Positions 32,872 through 43,416 of a DNA stretch of 64,000 nucleotides are shown here, piece after piece. Within the stretch, counting starts at the first letter, position 1. Each line of letters begins with the position of its first letter. A program made the translations under genes and the position numbers. The notes beneath the pieces are model-generated. The model was given only the letters and a program-made list of their open reading frames with translations. It searched no databases and was not told where the DNA came from. The DNA is from Pseudomonadota bacterium (GTDB lineage Bacteria > Bdellovibrionota_C > UBA2361 > OMII01): the NCBI GenBank assembly GCA_038134595.1, contig JAYPVM010000001.1, positions 134,199-198,198 of the forward strand, in the 5' to 3' direction.

Positions 32872-34269
32872 TTAAGCCTTTGTTCTGCGCTTGCTTCCCC
32901 AATTTTCTTTGATTTCCTGCTTCGCTCGACCAAGCGCGAGAGAATCCTTTGGTACATTCTTTGTGATGACTGAGCCCGCCCCAACGAGAGCGCCTGATTC
33001 GATAGTTACGGGAGCAACGAGAGCGGAGTTGCTCCCGATAAAAACGTTTTCGCCAATGGTCGTCTGTGACTTTTTGGCACCATCATAATTACAGGTGATC
33101 GTGCCGGCACCAATGTTTGTATTCGCCCCAATTGAGCAATCTCCTAAATAGGTCAGATGAGAAGCCTTGGCACCCTCTTGTAACGTTGCATTTTTGGTCT
33201 CAACGAAGTTTCCTATTCGCACGTCAGCGCTTAGATTTGTTCCTGGACGGATATGCGCAAAGGGGCCGACAGTGGCGCGCGCTCCTATGGCTGCCGATTC
33301 AATACGACAGTAGAGCCGAACCTCAGCGTTCTCTGCGATGCTGGTGTCGACGATACGAGAGTATCCCTCACAGTAAGCGCCACGAGCTATCGTTGTGTTG
33401 CCTGCTAGGTGAACTCCCGGACCGATTCGAGCTCCGCTTTCAATTCTCACCCCAGGCTCAATGGTGCAGGTTTCAATAGCATCGAATACGACACCAGACT
33501 CCTGTAAGGCACGTAACTGACGCCCGCCGAGAACTGAATTAACATAGGCAAGATCTGCAAGTGTATTTACTCCTGCAGCTTCACTGGGATCTCCCAGTGA
33601 GAATGCCGCTACGGTTTGACCCTCTTCAACTGCTTTTTGTACGATATCCGTTAGGTAGTATTCCTTCTGTGCGTTTTCGTTTGTAAGAGCATGGAGCGCA
33701 GGTTTAAGAAAAGAGGAGTCGACGGCATATACGCCTGAATTGACCTCCGAGATTAGTTTTTCCTCAGGGTTACAGTCTTTATTTTCTGTTATCGAGCGGA
33801 TGTTACCTTCGCGATCTCGAACGATCTTTCCATACGAATTTGGTGGAGAGGCTTCGAATGAAATCATGCTAAGCGTTGCTTTTTTGTGCTGATGATATTC
33901 GATGAAATGCTCTAAGGTTTCTTTCTTAAAGAGTGGGTGGTCGGCGTATGTAATGATTACGGTGCCAGTACACCCTTCAAGTGCTGGAAGTGCGGAGCGT
34001 GCCGCGTCGCCAGTTCCTTGTTGGCTCTCTTGTAGTGCGAAGGTCACTCCGAGGGATGCGTAGTGCTTTGAATTCTTTAGGTGACTCTCTACCAGTTCTC
34101 GCTTGTGCCCGACAACCACGACCGTTTTTTTCGGGCTAAGTACAGAAACACTATCTAAAACGTGGTCTATCAGCGTGCCCTCTCGGGTCGATGCGATAGC
34201 CTTTGGTGTATCTCCGCTGAGACGTTTCCCCAGTCCAGCAGCCAATATAATGCAGTAAATATCATCCAT
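32872..34269 (-). CDS. glmU: Bifunctional UDP-GlcNAc pyrophosphorylase / GlcN-1-P acetyltransferase (start reassigned to ATG 34269)
   Basis: IILAAGLGKR, QQGTGDA, EYYLTD, GNFVETK, HLTYLGD, GAGTITCNYDG. Confidence 0.97.
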   Translation of the reverse strand: MDDIYCIILAAGLGKRLSGDTPKAIASTREGTLIDHVLDSVSVLSPKKTVVVVGHKRELVESHLKNSKHYASLGVTFALQESQQGTGDAARSALPALEGCTGTVIITYADHPLFKKETLEHFIEYHQHKKATLSMISFEASPPNSYGKIVRDREGNIRSITENKDCNPEEKLISEVNSGVYAVDSSFLKPALHALTNENAQKEYYLTDIVQKAVEEGQTVAAFSLGDPSEAAGVNTLADLAYVNSVLGGRQLRALQESGVVFDAIETCTIEPGVRIESGARIGPGVHLAGNTTIARGAYCEGYSRIVDTSIAENAEVRLYCRIESAAIGARATVGPFAHIRPGTNLSADVRIGNFVETKNATLQEGAKASHLTYLGDCSIGANTNIGAGTITCNYDGAKKSQTTIGENVFIGSNSALVAPVTIESGALVGAGSVITKNVPKDSLALGRAKQEIKENWGSKRRTKA

Positions 34270-34561
34270 AGGTTCGCATCCTACCATAAAGGGCGCGTGG
34301 GTAGTAGAGATATGGATAAGCGCCTTGGGTCTTGATAGGGCTTGAGGGAAGGAGTGCGGAGTACAACTGGTAAAAGCTGGGCCGGAGCCTAAAATCGGCC
34401 CTAGCCCAGCTCAGAAAGTTATAAACTAACCCTAAAAGAGGATGGGGGCGGTTTGTTGTCCTTGAAAGACCCCTCCCCCCTAAGAGCCTTAGCTGATAGT
34501 ATTGATAACGTGGCCTAAATTTTTACGAGTTAAAAGGAATGGGCTGTATGCAGAGGGGATA

Positions 34562-37009
34562 TTAAGCAAGCACAAGCTTAGCAAAGCGGTAGACAAGCTT
34601 TTTCTGCTCGTCGAACGAGTCAAATTGAACACTTATAGCCGAAGAAGAACCCGAACCAGAGACGGATGTCACAGTACCTTCTCCAAACGTGGGGTGTATT
34701 ACTCGTACGCCACTTTGTAGTTGTTCAACCGCAGCAGGTTCCTTCTCAAAGTATTCCGGAGGGGTCTCGGGTCGGCTGCTCATCGAATCTGCCGGTGCCA
34801 ACATGGATCGTATTTGCTCTAGGGAGAGATTCTTCTTTCCCCCGAAGGTATCAGATGATTGTGGTTTTCTTTTCTTTTTTGGGTAACCACCGAATCCACT
34901 CGTACCAAAATCACCTCCACCATCATTTTCATCTCCGTACGAGAAACGGGGATAACCTTCTATGAACGAGGCCCCTTGGGAGCGTTGCGTGTCGACTGCC
35001 ACAAGCGAATCGGGGGTAATATCTTTTGCAAAGCGACTTACGAGTCGTGGGCCTCCGCCTCCAGCCCCACCTGCGGTAAACATGCCGCGGTGGTAGGCTC
35101 TGGTAAGATAGAGAACACTCTTTGCGCGTGTAATTCCCACATAGCACAGTCGGCGTTCTTCTTCGAGTCCGGTGGGATCGTCTAGTGATCGATTGTGAGG
35201 CAAAAGCCCCTCTTCAACGCCACATAAAAATACAATAGGAAACTCTAGCCCCTTTGCTAGATGAAGCGTCATAAGAGATACAGACTCGATCTTTTGTTGC
35301 TCCTCCTGCCCTGTATTTTCACTTGAAGCCACGTCAGAGCCCGACGTCAATGCAATGTGATCGAGGAATCCGTTGATGGCATCTGCCGGATCTTCGAAAG
35401 TTCCTTCCATGGTCCGGGCCAACGCTTCAAGCTCTTGAAGGTTTTCGATTCGAGAGAGTGCCGTGGGATCCTTCATGGCCGCAAGCTTTGGACCGTAACT
35501 ACTCTTCTGGACTACTGCGCCAACTAGATCTGCCAATGAGATCTTAGCTATATCGCTCTTTAACTCAGCAATAAGAGCGACGAATGCCCGGATTGCTTTA
35601 TGAGTCACGGCTAGTTCGATGGCTGCCGCTAAGAAGGCTGTTCCGTCTTCACCCGCACGTTTTGAGATAGCCTGCAGGGCTTGGGCGCCAATACCTCGGG
35701 GAGGAGTGTTAACGATTCGTGTAAATGCTTGATTGTCGCTTGGATTCGCCAATAAGCGAAGGTAGGCCAGGATATCCTTTACTTCTTTTCTGTCAAAGAA
35801 CTTAAGGCCACCGAAAATACGATACGGAATCTTAGCGCGAACTAACGACTCCTCTATCGCGCGCGTTTGAGCATTGGTTCGGTAAAGAATTCCAATCGAA
35901 CTGGGTGGGGTTCCGTGTGTAATGAGAGTCTTAATCTCTGAGGCTAGAAAATCGGCCTCCATGTTCTCGTCGTATCCGATAAATGTTCTAATCCTTTCGC
36001 CAGAATCACTTTCGGTCCAAAGTTTCTTGGCCTTTCGAGATCTGTTCTTCTCTATAACCGCGTGAGCCGCATCGAGAATAGTCGCTGTTGAGCGGTAGTT
36101 CTGCTCGAGTTTGATAACCTTAGTTCCTTTGTAATCTCGTTCAAATTCGAGGATGTTGCTGATAGTTGCCCCCCGAAAGCCGTAGATCGACTGGTCGTCA
36201 TCTCCTACAACAAATAGATTTCTTCGAGGCTCTGCAAGCATACGAATGAAGAGATACTGAACCTTATTTGTGTCTTGAAACTCGTCAACAAGCAGATAGT
36301 GTAGGGTGCTTCGATATTGATCGAGCACTTCCGGATGCTCTCGAAAAAGTCTAACTACATTGACAAGGAGATCGCCGAAATCCATGGCATCTGCTTGGAG
36401 TAAGTGTCTCTGATATCGATCGTAGACCTGAGCCTGTAAATCGCTCTCGATACCATAGGCACGTTTTGCCGCGTCCTCGGGAGAGACAAGATTGTTCTTT
36501 GCGTTATCAATAGCCCGTAAGAAAGATTTAACAGGATATTTTTCCTCGTTGATAGACAGTTCCTTTACGATTTGTTTCACAACGCCTTTGGAGTCTTGAT
36601 CGTCGTAGATAACAAATTTATTGGAGTACGAGAGCTTGCTTGCATGGTGCCTAAGAATTCGGAGGGCAGTTGAGTGAAAGGTAGATATCCAGATTCTTCT
36701 TGCCGAATCGCCTAGTAACGCATGTAGTCGCTCGCGCATTTCGCCGGAGGCCTTGTTTGTAAATGTGACAGCGAGAATTCGGCCTGGCCTTATACCGTGG
36801 TTTAAGATTAGGTTGGCAACTCTGTGAGTAAGCACCCTGGTTTTGCCACTTCCCGCCCCGGCTAGTACAAGAATTGGGCCGTCTAAATGAAGCGCTGCTT
36901 GTTGTTGTGGTTTATTGAGCCCCTTGAGTAGATTAGAGGACTCGGATGAATGCTCTTTGGAGCTTTCAATGGGATTTTGGAAAAGAAGTTCGTTTTGGTC
37001 GCCTAACAT
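34562..37009 (-). CDS. uvrD: UvrD/PcrA SF1 DNA helicase
   Basis: AGAGSGKT, VDEFQDTN, VGDDDQSIY, LEQNYRS, TLHLAKGLEF, EERRLCYVGITRA; C-terminal Tudor-like HPTFGEG. Confidence 0.96.
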   Translation of the reverse strand: MLGDQNELLFQNPIESSKEHSSESSNLLKGLNKPQQQAALHLDGPILVLAGAGSGKTRVLTHRVANLILNHGIRPGRILAVTFTNKASGEMRERLHALLGDSARRIWISTFHSTALRILRHHASKLSYSNKFVIYDDQDSKGVVKQIVKELSINEEKYPVKSFLRAIDNAKNNLVSPEDAAKRAYGIESDLQAQVYDRYQRHLLQADAMDFGDLLVNVVRLFREHPEVLDQYRSTLHYLLVDEFQDTNKVQYLFIRMLAEPRRNLFVVGDDDQSIYGFRGATISNILEFERDYKGTKVIKLEQNYRSTATILDAAHAVIEKNRSRKAKKLWTESDSGERIRTFIGYDENMEADFLASEIKTLITHGTPPSSIGILYRTNAQTRAIEESLVRAKIPYRIFGGLKFFDRKEVKDILAYLRLLANPSDNQAFTRIVNTPPRGIGAQALQAISKRAGEDGTAFLAAAIELAVTHKAIRAFVALIAELKSDIAKISLADLVGAVVQKSSYGPKLAAMKDPTALSRIENLQELEALARTMEGTFEDPADAINGFLDHIALTSGSDVASSENTGQEEQQKIESVSLMTLHLAKGLEFPIVFLCGVEEGLLPHNRSLDDPTGLEEERRLCYVGITRAKSVLYLTRAYHRGMFTAGGAGGGGPRLVSRFAKDITPDSLVAVDTQRSQGASFIEGYPRFSYGDENDGGGDFGTSGFGGYPKKKRKPQSSDTFGGKKNLSLEQIRSMLAPADSMSSRPETPPEYFEKEPAAVEQLQSGVRVIHPTFGEGTVTSVSGSGSSSAISVQFDSFDEQKKLVYRFAKLVLA

Positions 37010-37232
37010 TGTGGTTGATAGTACTACAGAATGGACCGTGCATCGAGTTCTTCTGAGTGGTTTATTGTATATCGCTGTGTAAGGCTAAAAAGTTTCTTGC
37101 TCATTTTACTCAAGGCGAACCGAAGATTCTAATAGCTCGCGATTCCTTGTCGCCGTGGAATAGCTTTCGTACAAATCTCGGTGTGTTGAACGCGATTCGT
37201 TTTCGACGGTCTGCCGCTCTCTAGATTATAGC

Positions 37233-37415
37233 CTAGCGAAAGCGAGGCGCTACGCGTTGTCCTCGAAGCGAAAGCTTAGCTACGCTGCACGCTGAAGCGA
37301 TTGGGTTTTCGGCAACGATTGATTGAAAGAGCAAGCGGCTGATGTAGGTAAGAGTCATTGCGGCGCAGATACAGTCAAAGCCAGTTGTTAGGTAGTCCGA
37401 TGTGATTGGTTCCAT
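37233..37415 (-). CDS. Possible small protein (60 aa)
   Basis: SD-like AGAGG before ATG and a hydrophobic core; no homology recognised. Confidence 0.3.
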   Translation of the reverse strand: MEPITSDYLTTGFDCICAAMTLTYISRLLFQSIVAENPIASACSVAKLSLRGQRVAPRFR

Positions 37416-37713
37416 AAGGTGCCTCTTGGGTTGAGTAAGTTTACAAGTGTTTGTGTTCTCGTACGTTCTGCCATAAGGCCGTAGGAGAGCAATTTTCTAA
37501 CTCGAAGGTCGTATTGATGTGTAATCTTGTAGATGTTCACCACAATCCACCTTCTAGTATTTTTCTACACTCGAACGCGCCGTCCTTCAAGTCTTTTTCT
37601 ATATATAGAAAGATATTTTTGGCCGAAACCGCGTGCAGATAGATGTGCTTTCAGGGGTTTAGGAGCCGAGAGTTGATTGATACCATGTTTTAGACGCACG
37701 GGTATGGTTTAAT

Positions 37714-38236
37714 GATTAGGAAAATCAATCACCTTTTCGTAAGTAGGTAAAGTCTGGTAGCGGACCGGTTCTAACCCCGTTCAGATACCTCCATTTTGGG
37801 ATAGGAGGCGGAGCCTGGAAGTCAGGAATACCTTGGGACTTCATGATATCCTTGATGGAGTGTTTGTCTTGGATGAAGGCGATAATCCTCATCTGCGCGT
37901 TACATTTGGGACACTCGAGAGGATCCACTTCATAGACTCTCTTTATGCAAGCGGCCCATCCACTTCTACGAAACTCTCTTCGATAGTCACTCTCCGTTTT
38001 TTCGGCAGGAGGAGGGGAGAGCTAAGCGCGTTCGCCCCGGCGCTTGCAGGAAAAGGCGATGAGGAGCGAGTGTTTGCATCCATCGCAGTATACCCGAGCG
38101 GCACCGTGAGCGAGGATTCCGCAGTTTAGGTATTCGTCGAGGGTTTTTAGCACCTCGTCGCGCAAGCACTCATACTGATGCTGGAACCGTGCCTCCCACT
38201 GGAATTGTAGGCCATCTCGAGAGTGATAGACTATCT
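37714..38236 (-). pseudogene. Internally deleted IS91-family (Y2) transposase with an oriIS-like end
   Basis: The Zn-binding N-terminus (YLNCGILAHGAARVYCDGCKHSLLIAFSCKRRG) is fused in frame to the C-terminus (ERA*LSPP...WAACIKRVYEVDPLECPKCNAQMRII), with a stop at 38022-38024. oriIS-like GATTAGGAAAATCAATCAC at 37714-37732. Confidence 0.85.
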
Positions 38237-38394
38237 TGGTAGAGTAGAGAGGCTTCTGCGGAGCGCCTCCTGTAGTGTTGGAGTTTTTCTTTTGCCTTCT
38301 CCCATGTGTAGCGCCTTCAGCATGCAGGCTGGTTCGGAGAAGTGGGGATAAAGTTGTCAAACCTTAAGCCGACGCCCCGAGAAATGCTGCCAAC

Positions 38395-39759
38395 CTATTT
38401 GAATTTATAGGCTGAAACAACAGCCTTTAAAAATGCTGTCGCATAACCTGGCGAAGGGTTTCCGAAGAGAGCAAAGATTTTTTCAACGTCTTTGGAAGGC
38501 AAAGATGGTCTACCTTCTTTAAAACCCTGGATACTACTCCTAGCAAGACGGGTTTTTTCTTCCACAATATCGAGTGGCATCCCAGTTAACATAAGTAGAT
38601 CGCGAAAAAGATTATTGGCCGTATAGCGGGACAGTATATCCTGATCTCTTTGTTGTTTTTGATAGGCTTCACCAAAAGCTTTAATAAATGAGAATCTATC
38701 ACTTTCCATCGCCCGTCTTTCCTCACTTGTACATGGTCCATTAGTATCTGATTTTTCTCGCAAACTAGCTATCACTTCTTGCGTGTACGGCTCACCGTAA
38801 TCTAGACCTGTCAAACATTTAAAGGCGCGCCCTTCAGCACCAAGCATACCCTGTGATGGCACTCTCGCGTTAGATTCATTTGAGCTAGATCCAGCACGGT
38901 GTAACATATATCCCTTAAAGCCCTCGGTATACTCGTCAAAGAACGGATAAAATGCATCCAAAATGGCCGAGAGTTTTGCCTGGCTAGGTAGCAATACCCC
39001 ATCAAGCATCATGTTAAACTCTACCGCGTATTCAAGAGGAGTGCTAAACTCACCATCCCCAGATTGCATAAGTATATTTAACACAACCGTAAAAGGATCT
39101 CGTCCAAGCCTAGAAATGAGATTTGTATCATATTCAAACTCAGGCGACAGTATATTCTCAAATGCTTTCAAGCGTGGATGCGCTAGGACCTCTCCCAATA
39201 TTGCCTCAGAAACTTCAGTGGGCGCGTTATGACTGAATGGTTTTCCCATGGTTCTCTGTTCGGGCTCAAGCGTCTCTCCCGAGATCTCTCCAATGAAGAA
39301 AAACACCTCTTGATCTTCTTCACCTAATTCACTTCGTGTAAATACAAATTTACAGACAGCAGGATTTTGTGTCTCATGAATAGCAAAGTTATGTTGCGTA
39401 CACAGTGCTCGAACTGTTCCAAGAATTTCTGTTTGGGGCACCCCACGCAAGCCCTCTAAAAACACGCCCAACTGATCATAGGAGCCCGTTCCTAGAAGAC
39501 TCGACAATCGATTGTCCTCAGTCAAACTCAGACCAGGAAAGAGCGTATGTCCAACTTCTCTTCGCTCTTGATCAGAAAAGATAAGCCTTTTTTGAAACAG
39601 GGAAGATGTTCCAACTCGAGCGTAAGCATCTTCATAGGTTCTGCACGGATTCTCATTATGTTTTGCAGCTAATCCAGTTGCAACAATAGCCCGTAGACCA
39701 TCTTGGAATGACAATCGTAGGAAGGGGGACTCTCCTGATAATAGAGCTTTGTTCAACAT
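38395..39759 (-). CDS. Hypothetical protein (454 aa) with possible C-terminal XRE-type HTH
   Basis: Long ORF; LLMLTGMPLDIVEEKTRLARSSIQGFKEGRPSLPSKDVEKIFALFG resembles a Cro/XRE HTH. Confidence 0.7.
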   Translation of the reverse strand: MLNKALLSGESPFLRLSFQDGLRAIVATGLAAKHNENPCRTYEDAYARVGTSSLFQKRLIFSDQERREVGHTLFPGLSLTEDNRLSSLLGTGSYDQLGVFLEGLRGVPQTEILGTVRALCTQHNFAIHETQNPAVCKFVFTRSELGEEDQEVFFFIGEISGETLEPEQRTMGKPFSHNAPTEVSEAILGEVLAHPRLKAFENILSPEFEYDTNLISRLGRDPFTVVLNILMQSGDGEFSTPLEYAVEFNMMLDGVLLPSQAKLSAILDAFYPFFDEYTEGFKGYMLHRAGSSSNESNARVPSQGMLGAEGRAFKCLTGLDYGEPYTQEVIASLREKSDTNGPCTSEERRAMESDRFSFIKAFGEAYQKQQRDQDILSRYTANNLFRDLLMLTGMPLDIVEEKTRLARSSIQGFKEGRPSLPSKDVEKIFALFGNPSPGYATAFLKAVVSAYKFK

Positions 39760-40025
39760 ATAAACAACTTAGAGTAAGATTCACAGCTATGGGGGCTAAT
39801 ACACATACAATTAACCCGCCAACCAGCATAAACCGCTGGTTGATCCAATGCTAGACAAGTCTGTTAATTTAAATAATAGTTTTTATAATATCATACTGAT
39901 ACGGACAAAAACCATCTCCCCAAAAAGACAAGCCTACAGAGTAAGTAAGGAATCGGCGTATCATGACGTAGATATAACCCCCTCGATGCAATACAGGAGC
40001 GCGCCCAAAATTGTCATCGAGAACT

Positions 40026-40260
40026 GCTCCCTTTACGAAACTCTCTCCTGTAATCGCTCTCGTGCTCCTCGGGCGCAGGAGTAGCGTCCATAGTATCTGG
40101 TAATTGACTTGTAGGTTTTCGGGATATGACATGAGAGTATGGATAGGAAAACCAATTGCTTCTTTGCAAGTAGTTGATGTGCAGTGGTCGGCCTGCCCGG
40201 GAGGCCTTTCCGGCTGTCAGCTCCGTGGTGCGATGTCATTCCACTAGGGGGTATAGGCGA
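40026..40260 (-). mobile_element. Second IS91-family relic: transposase fragment plus oriIS-like motif
   Basis: Minus strand encodes LSCHIPKTYKSITRYYGRYSC and, after a frame shift, PEEHESDYRREFRK, paralogous to ESDYRREFRR in relic 1. oriIS-like GGATAGGAAAACCAATTGC at 40141-40159 lies next to a GC-rich hairpin. Confidence 0.72.
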
Positions 40261-40477
40261 TAGCTACGACTTTCTCCTTTTTAAATCAGATACTGAGGTA
40301 GAAGATGCTTGACGCTTGAATCCTGAAAAAAACTCTAGAAAAGCTCCCCATTAGCGCGATTATGGCTGTCAACTAATGTCGGGCTTCTCGGTCACGTTTG
40401 GCGGTTTTGCTAGGATAAGAAAAGTGGCTCGGCACGAGAGAACTAAGAAATAGAAAGAGTGCTACCTGTTATACCCT

Positions 40478-41464
40478 TTATTCTCCGCCTTCTCCCTGAG
40501 GTGCTTTTGCTGGATCGGTCACACCGCGTCTAAGCATCTGGGCTGCTCGGGCGGGTTGAAATCCTGCCGCACGCCAAGGAACGGCGTATGATGGTGGTAA
40601 GCCTTCTTTCATCCATTCAATGGATTCCTCCGGAGTAAAATTAGCGCGCCTCCAATTAGCGGCCAATGGCGCACCGGTAATTCCTACATTGCTCCACGCA
40701 AGAAATTCTTCAGGTGAAAATTCATACGCTATCCAATATCCAGCCGCGACTGCTGGAATTTTGTGCTGTGTCCACTCGTCTTGGATCTGTAGCGGAATCT
40801 CTGCTAGCTCGTATGTAAATGCTTTTTGATAGACGTTAAGTAGTATTCGACAGTCGTGCAGGTGAGCTCTGAAATCTGCGGGTGTCAGCGACGCCTCTCT
40901 TCTGAGCTTTTCGCAGAGTTGCTCTGTGTATGCTTGTGGAGAGCTAAATGTGTTAAGAATTATTCTGGTTGTTTTAAGGTATTCCTGGGCATCGGTTATC
41001 TCCGCAGCTATCTGCTGGGCGTCTTCGGTTTGTCCGAGCTGACTAAAAATTGCACTTAGCGTTTCAACGTACGAGCTTTTTACCGCGGCAGAACGATTGA
41101 GTGCGGCTACAAGAACTTTGGCAGAGTTGTGATCTTGTGTCAGGTCTTCAACGTGCAAAGCCGCTTCAATTTTTGGAATAAACCACTCGAGGTCTTCTTT
41201 GAGAGCCTTCATAAAATCCATTGCAGCGATCGCATCGAAGGTCTCAGCGGACTCCCAATCAACAGAAAAAATAGGTATTTGATTTCCGAGGTCCACCATC
41301 CAATTGTCGATTTTATCGAATGCTTTGTGTGCGGTCTCCAGGTAGGTCTCTGAAACAAGTTTGCACTCTAGAGTGCTTAGAGCGCCTTCAAAAAGGATTT
41401 GTCCATAAAAACTCGACCGAAGCATTGTGATAAATTCAGCGGTAAGTTGCAGGTCTTTGTTCAT
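40478..41464 (-). CDS. Hypothetical protein with C-terminal Trp-containing ~15-aa repeats
   Basis: 328-aa ORF with a repeated W-x-x-x-[GNE]-[FIL]-x-P-x-x-A-type unit. Confidence 0.8.
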   Translation of the reverse strand: MNKDLQLTAEFITMLRSSFYGQILFEGALSTLECKLVSETYLETAHKAFDKIDNWMVDLGNQIPIFSVDWESAETFDAIAAMDFMKALKEDLEWFIPKIEAALHVEDLTQDHNSAKVLVAALNRSAAVKSSYVETLSAIFSQLGQTEDAQQIAAEITDAQEYLKTTRIILNTFSSPQAYTEQLCEKLRREASLTPADFRAHLHDCRILLNVYQKAFTYELAEIPLQIQDEWTQHKIPAVAAGYWIAYEFSPEEFLAWSNVGITGAPLAANWRRANFTPEESIEWMKEGLPPSYAVPWRAAGFQPARAAQMLRRGVTDPAKAPQGEGGE

Positions 41465-41965
41465 AATAGGTTTGAAATTTTGGTGCTTATTTACTCTTAA
41501 ATAAACTAGTCGGTGTAAATACTTTATAACATGAGGCGTTTGCGAAAAATGATTTCGAATTAAGCATATTATGTGGCAGAGAGTCGCCGCTCAGCGCTGA
41601 AGAATCAGAAATAATAACGCGGTTTTTTAGAGGAGAGCACATAAAACCATCCTTATGTTGCGGGCTTGCGTTTTTTGACGAGGCGGTCACCGCAAGACTT
41701 GTATGAGAGAGGTGCCATCAGTGGGTTTCTTGAAACACGCGCGCGCTGTGCTGATACAACGTTTGTTCTGCGTGAGAACCGTGGTCATAGCAAGGTTTCA
41801 ATTGAATGCGCACAATGACCCTTATCTGAGATAGAGAGAAAGGAAAAGTATGTCTGCCTTCGTTCATGGACGTAGTTAGATTGTTGTATTTGCTTGTTCA
41901 AAGAAGCGCATAGTACTCACTTTCTTATACACGTCGGAACATCGTCGCACCGATAAGAGCTAAGC

Positions 41966-42721
41966 ATGGGTGATACATTCTCCGCTAAAGACGAACCTGA
42001 ACGAACCCAGCAAGAGGGTACGGATTCCTTCTTGCACAAGAATGAAACGATTGAAGTTGTAATCTCTGCAGCAGGGGTAGAGCTTCAGGCCGATCTGTGT
42101 GTCGTTTCGCAAGACCGGCTAGAGGGAATTGTTATATTTGCGCACGGCAGTGGTAGTGGTCGCAAGAGTCCTCGAAACCAATTGGTTGCAAACGTTCTAA
42201 ACCGGCATGGTTTTGCTTCATTGCTTGTTGATCTGTTAACCCCAGCTGAGCAGTTTATTGTAAGCAAACGTTTTGATATCGCGCTGTTGACGACGAGACT
42301 TTCAGAAGTTGTCTACTGGATAAAAAATGATTCTAGAGTCTGCTCACAGGCAATAGGCCTCTTCGGGGCAAGCACTGGAGCTGCCGCTGCTTTGCGAGTT
42401 GCTGCGATTATGAACCCCCACATTAGTTGCGTGGTGTGTCGAGGAGGAAGAACTGACTTAACAGGTACGTTGCTACAAAAGGTACAGGCTCCAACGCTAT
42501 TAATCGTTGGGGGAGAAGATAAAGAGGTATTAACGATAAATCACAAAACTATCGACGAGCTTACGTGTACAAAACGTCTAGCAGTCGTACCGGGAGCGAC
42601 CCACCTGTTTGAAGAGCAGGGAGCTCTCGATGATGTTGCACATATTGCTTCGTACTGGTTTAAGAATCATATGGGCAAGATCCGACGAAGCCCGTTGTCT
42701 CAAGATAGGCCACTTGCGTAA
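41966..42721 (+). CDS. Dienelactone-hydrolase-like alpha/beta hydrolase
   Basis: IFAHGSGS, SPRN, GLFGASTGAAAAL, PTLLIVGGED, GATHLFEE. Confidence 0.9.
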   Translation: MGDTFSAKDEPERTQQEGTDSFLHKNETIEVVISAAGVELQADLCVVSQDRLEGIVIFAHGSGSGRKSPRNQLVANVLNRHGFASLLVDLLTPAEQFIVSKRFDIALLTTRLSEVVYWIKNDSRVCSQAIGLFGASTGAAAALRVAAIMNPHISCVVCRGGRTDLTGTLLQKVQAPTLLIVGGEDKEVLTINHKTIDELTCTKRLAVVPGATHLFEEQGALDDVAHIASYWFKNHMGKIRRSPLSQDRPLA

Positions 42722-42921
42722 GCAGCTGTAGGGCTTTAGAAGAAGATAACCATGAAGTTTATTCGTAATGCTAGGTAGTTGATAGGTATTTATCTCTTTC
42801 GCATACGCCCGCCGAGACGCTTGATAGAAAAAACTTTAGCTCTTGGCCACAATGTCCGACTACTCCACAGAAGCTAGAGAAGGATCGAATTTCATATTAG
42901 GAGAGGGGAGGATACAAAAAC

Positions 42922-43320
42922 ATGCCTATTCCAGAGGATCAGAATCAGGAGCTTAAAGTTCTTGTGGTAGATGACTTTGCTTCAATGAGAGATTTAATTC
43001 GAAAATCTTTAACAAGACTGGGTTTTTCACAGATATCGATGGCCACCGGGGCGGTGGATGCCGTTCGTCAGATTGAAGCAGGGGAGCAGTTTGACTTAAT
43101 AATCTCTGATTGGAACATGCCTAACATGACAGGTCTCGAATTGCTAAACTATGTTCGCGCAGAAAAACAGCTAGAAAACGTACCGTTTCTCATGATAACA
43201 GCCGAGGCTCAGCGTGAAAATATAATTGAAGCAGCTAAAGCCGGGGTCTCACAATATATAGTAAAGCCGTTTACCGAAGAGGCGCTTCAAGAGAAAATCG
43301 AGTCAATACTGCCAAAGTAG
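42922..43320 (+). CDS. cheY: CheY-type single-domain response regulator
   Basis: VLVVDDFASMR, ISDWNMPNMTGLELL, MITAEA, YIVKPF. Confidence 0.88.
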   Translation: MPIPEDQNQELKVLVVDDFASMRDLIRKSLTRLGFSQISMATGAVDAVRQIEAGEQFDLIISDWNMPNMTGLELLNYVRAEKQLENVPFLMITAEAQRENIIEAAKAGVSQYIVKPFTEEALQEKIESILPK

Positions 43321-43355
43321 GTTGTATTCTCTTGTCAGGCAATCTTAGATCGCGT

Positions 43356-43406
43356 GACGCCTGCTTCTGTATCCCTCGGTACTGCTAGGTATGAAAAGCA
43401 GGCATC
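43356..43406. terminator. Imperfect hairpin between convergent genes
   Basis: GACGCCTGCTT...AAGCAGGCATC arms. Confidence 0.4.
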
Positions 43407-43416
43407 CTATTAGAAT

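Noticed and set aside
34310..34480. glmS-ribozyme-like AGCGCC and hairpins near glmU
   Set aside because: The motif is on the strand opposite glmU, and the rest of the ribozyme core is not recognisable.
42836..42862. Sigma28-like promoter before cheY (TTAG-N15-TCCGACTA), with similar CCGATAA/TCGATAA sites near 7200, 41950 and 53610
   Set aside because: Matches are too degenerate to support without a genome-trained model.
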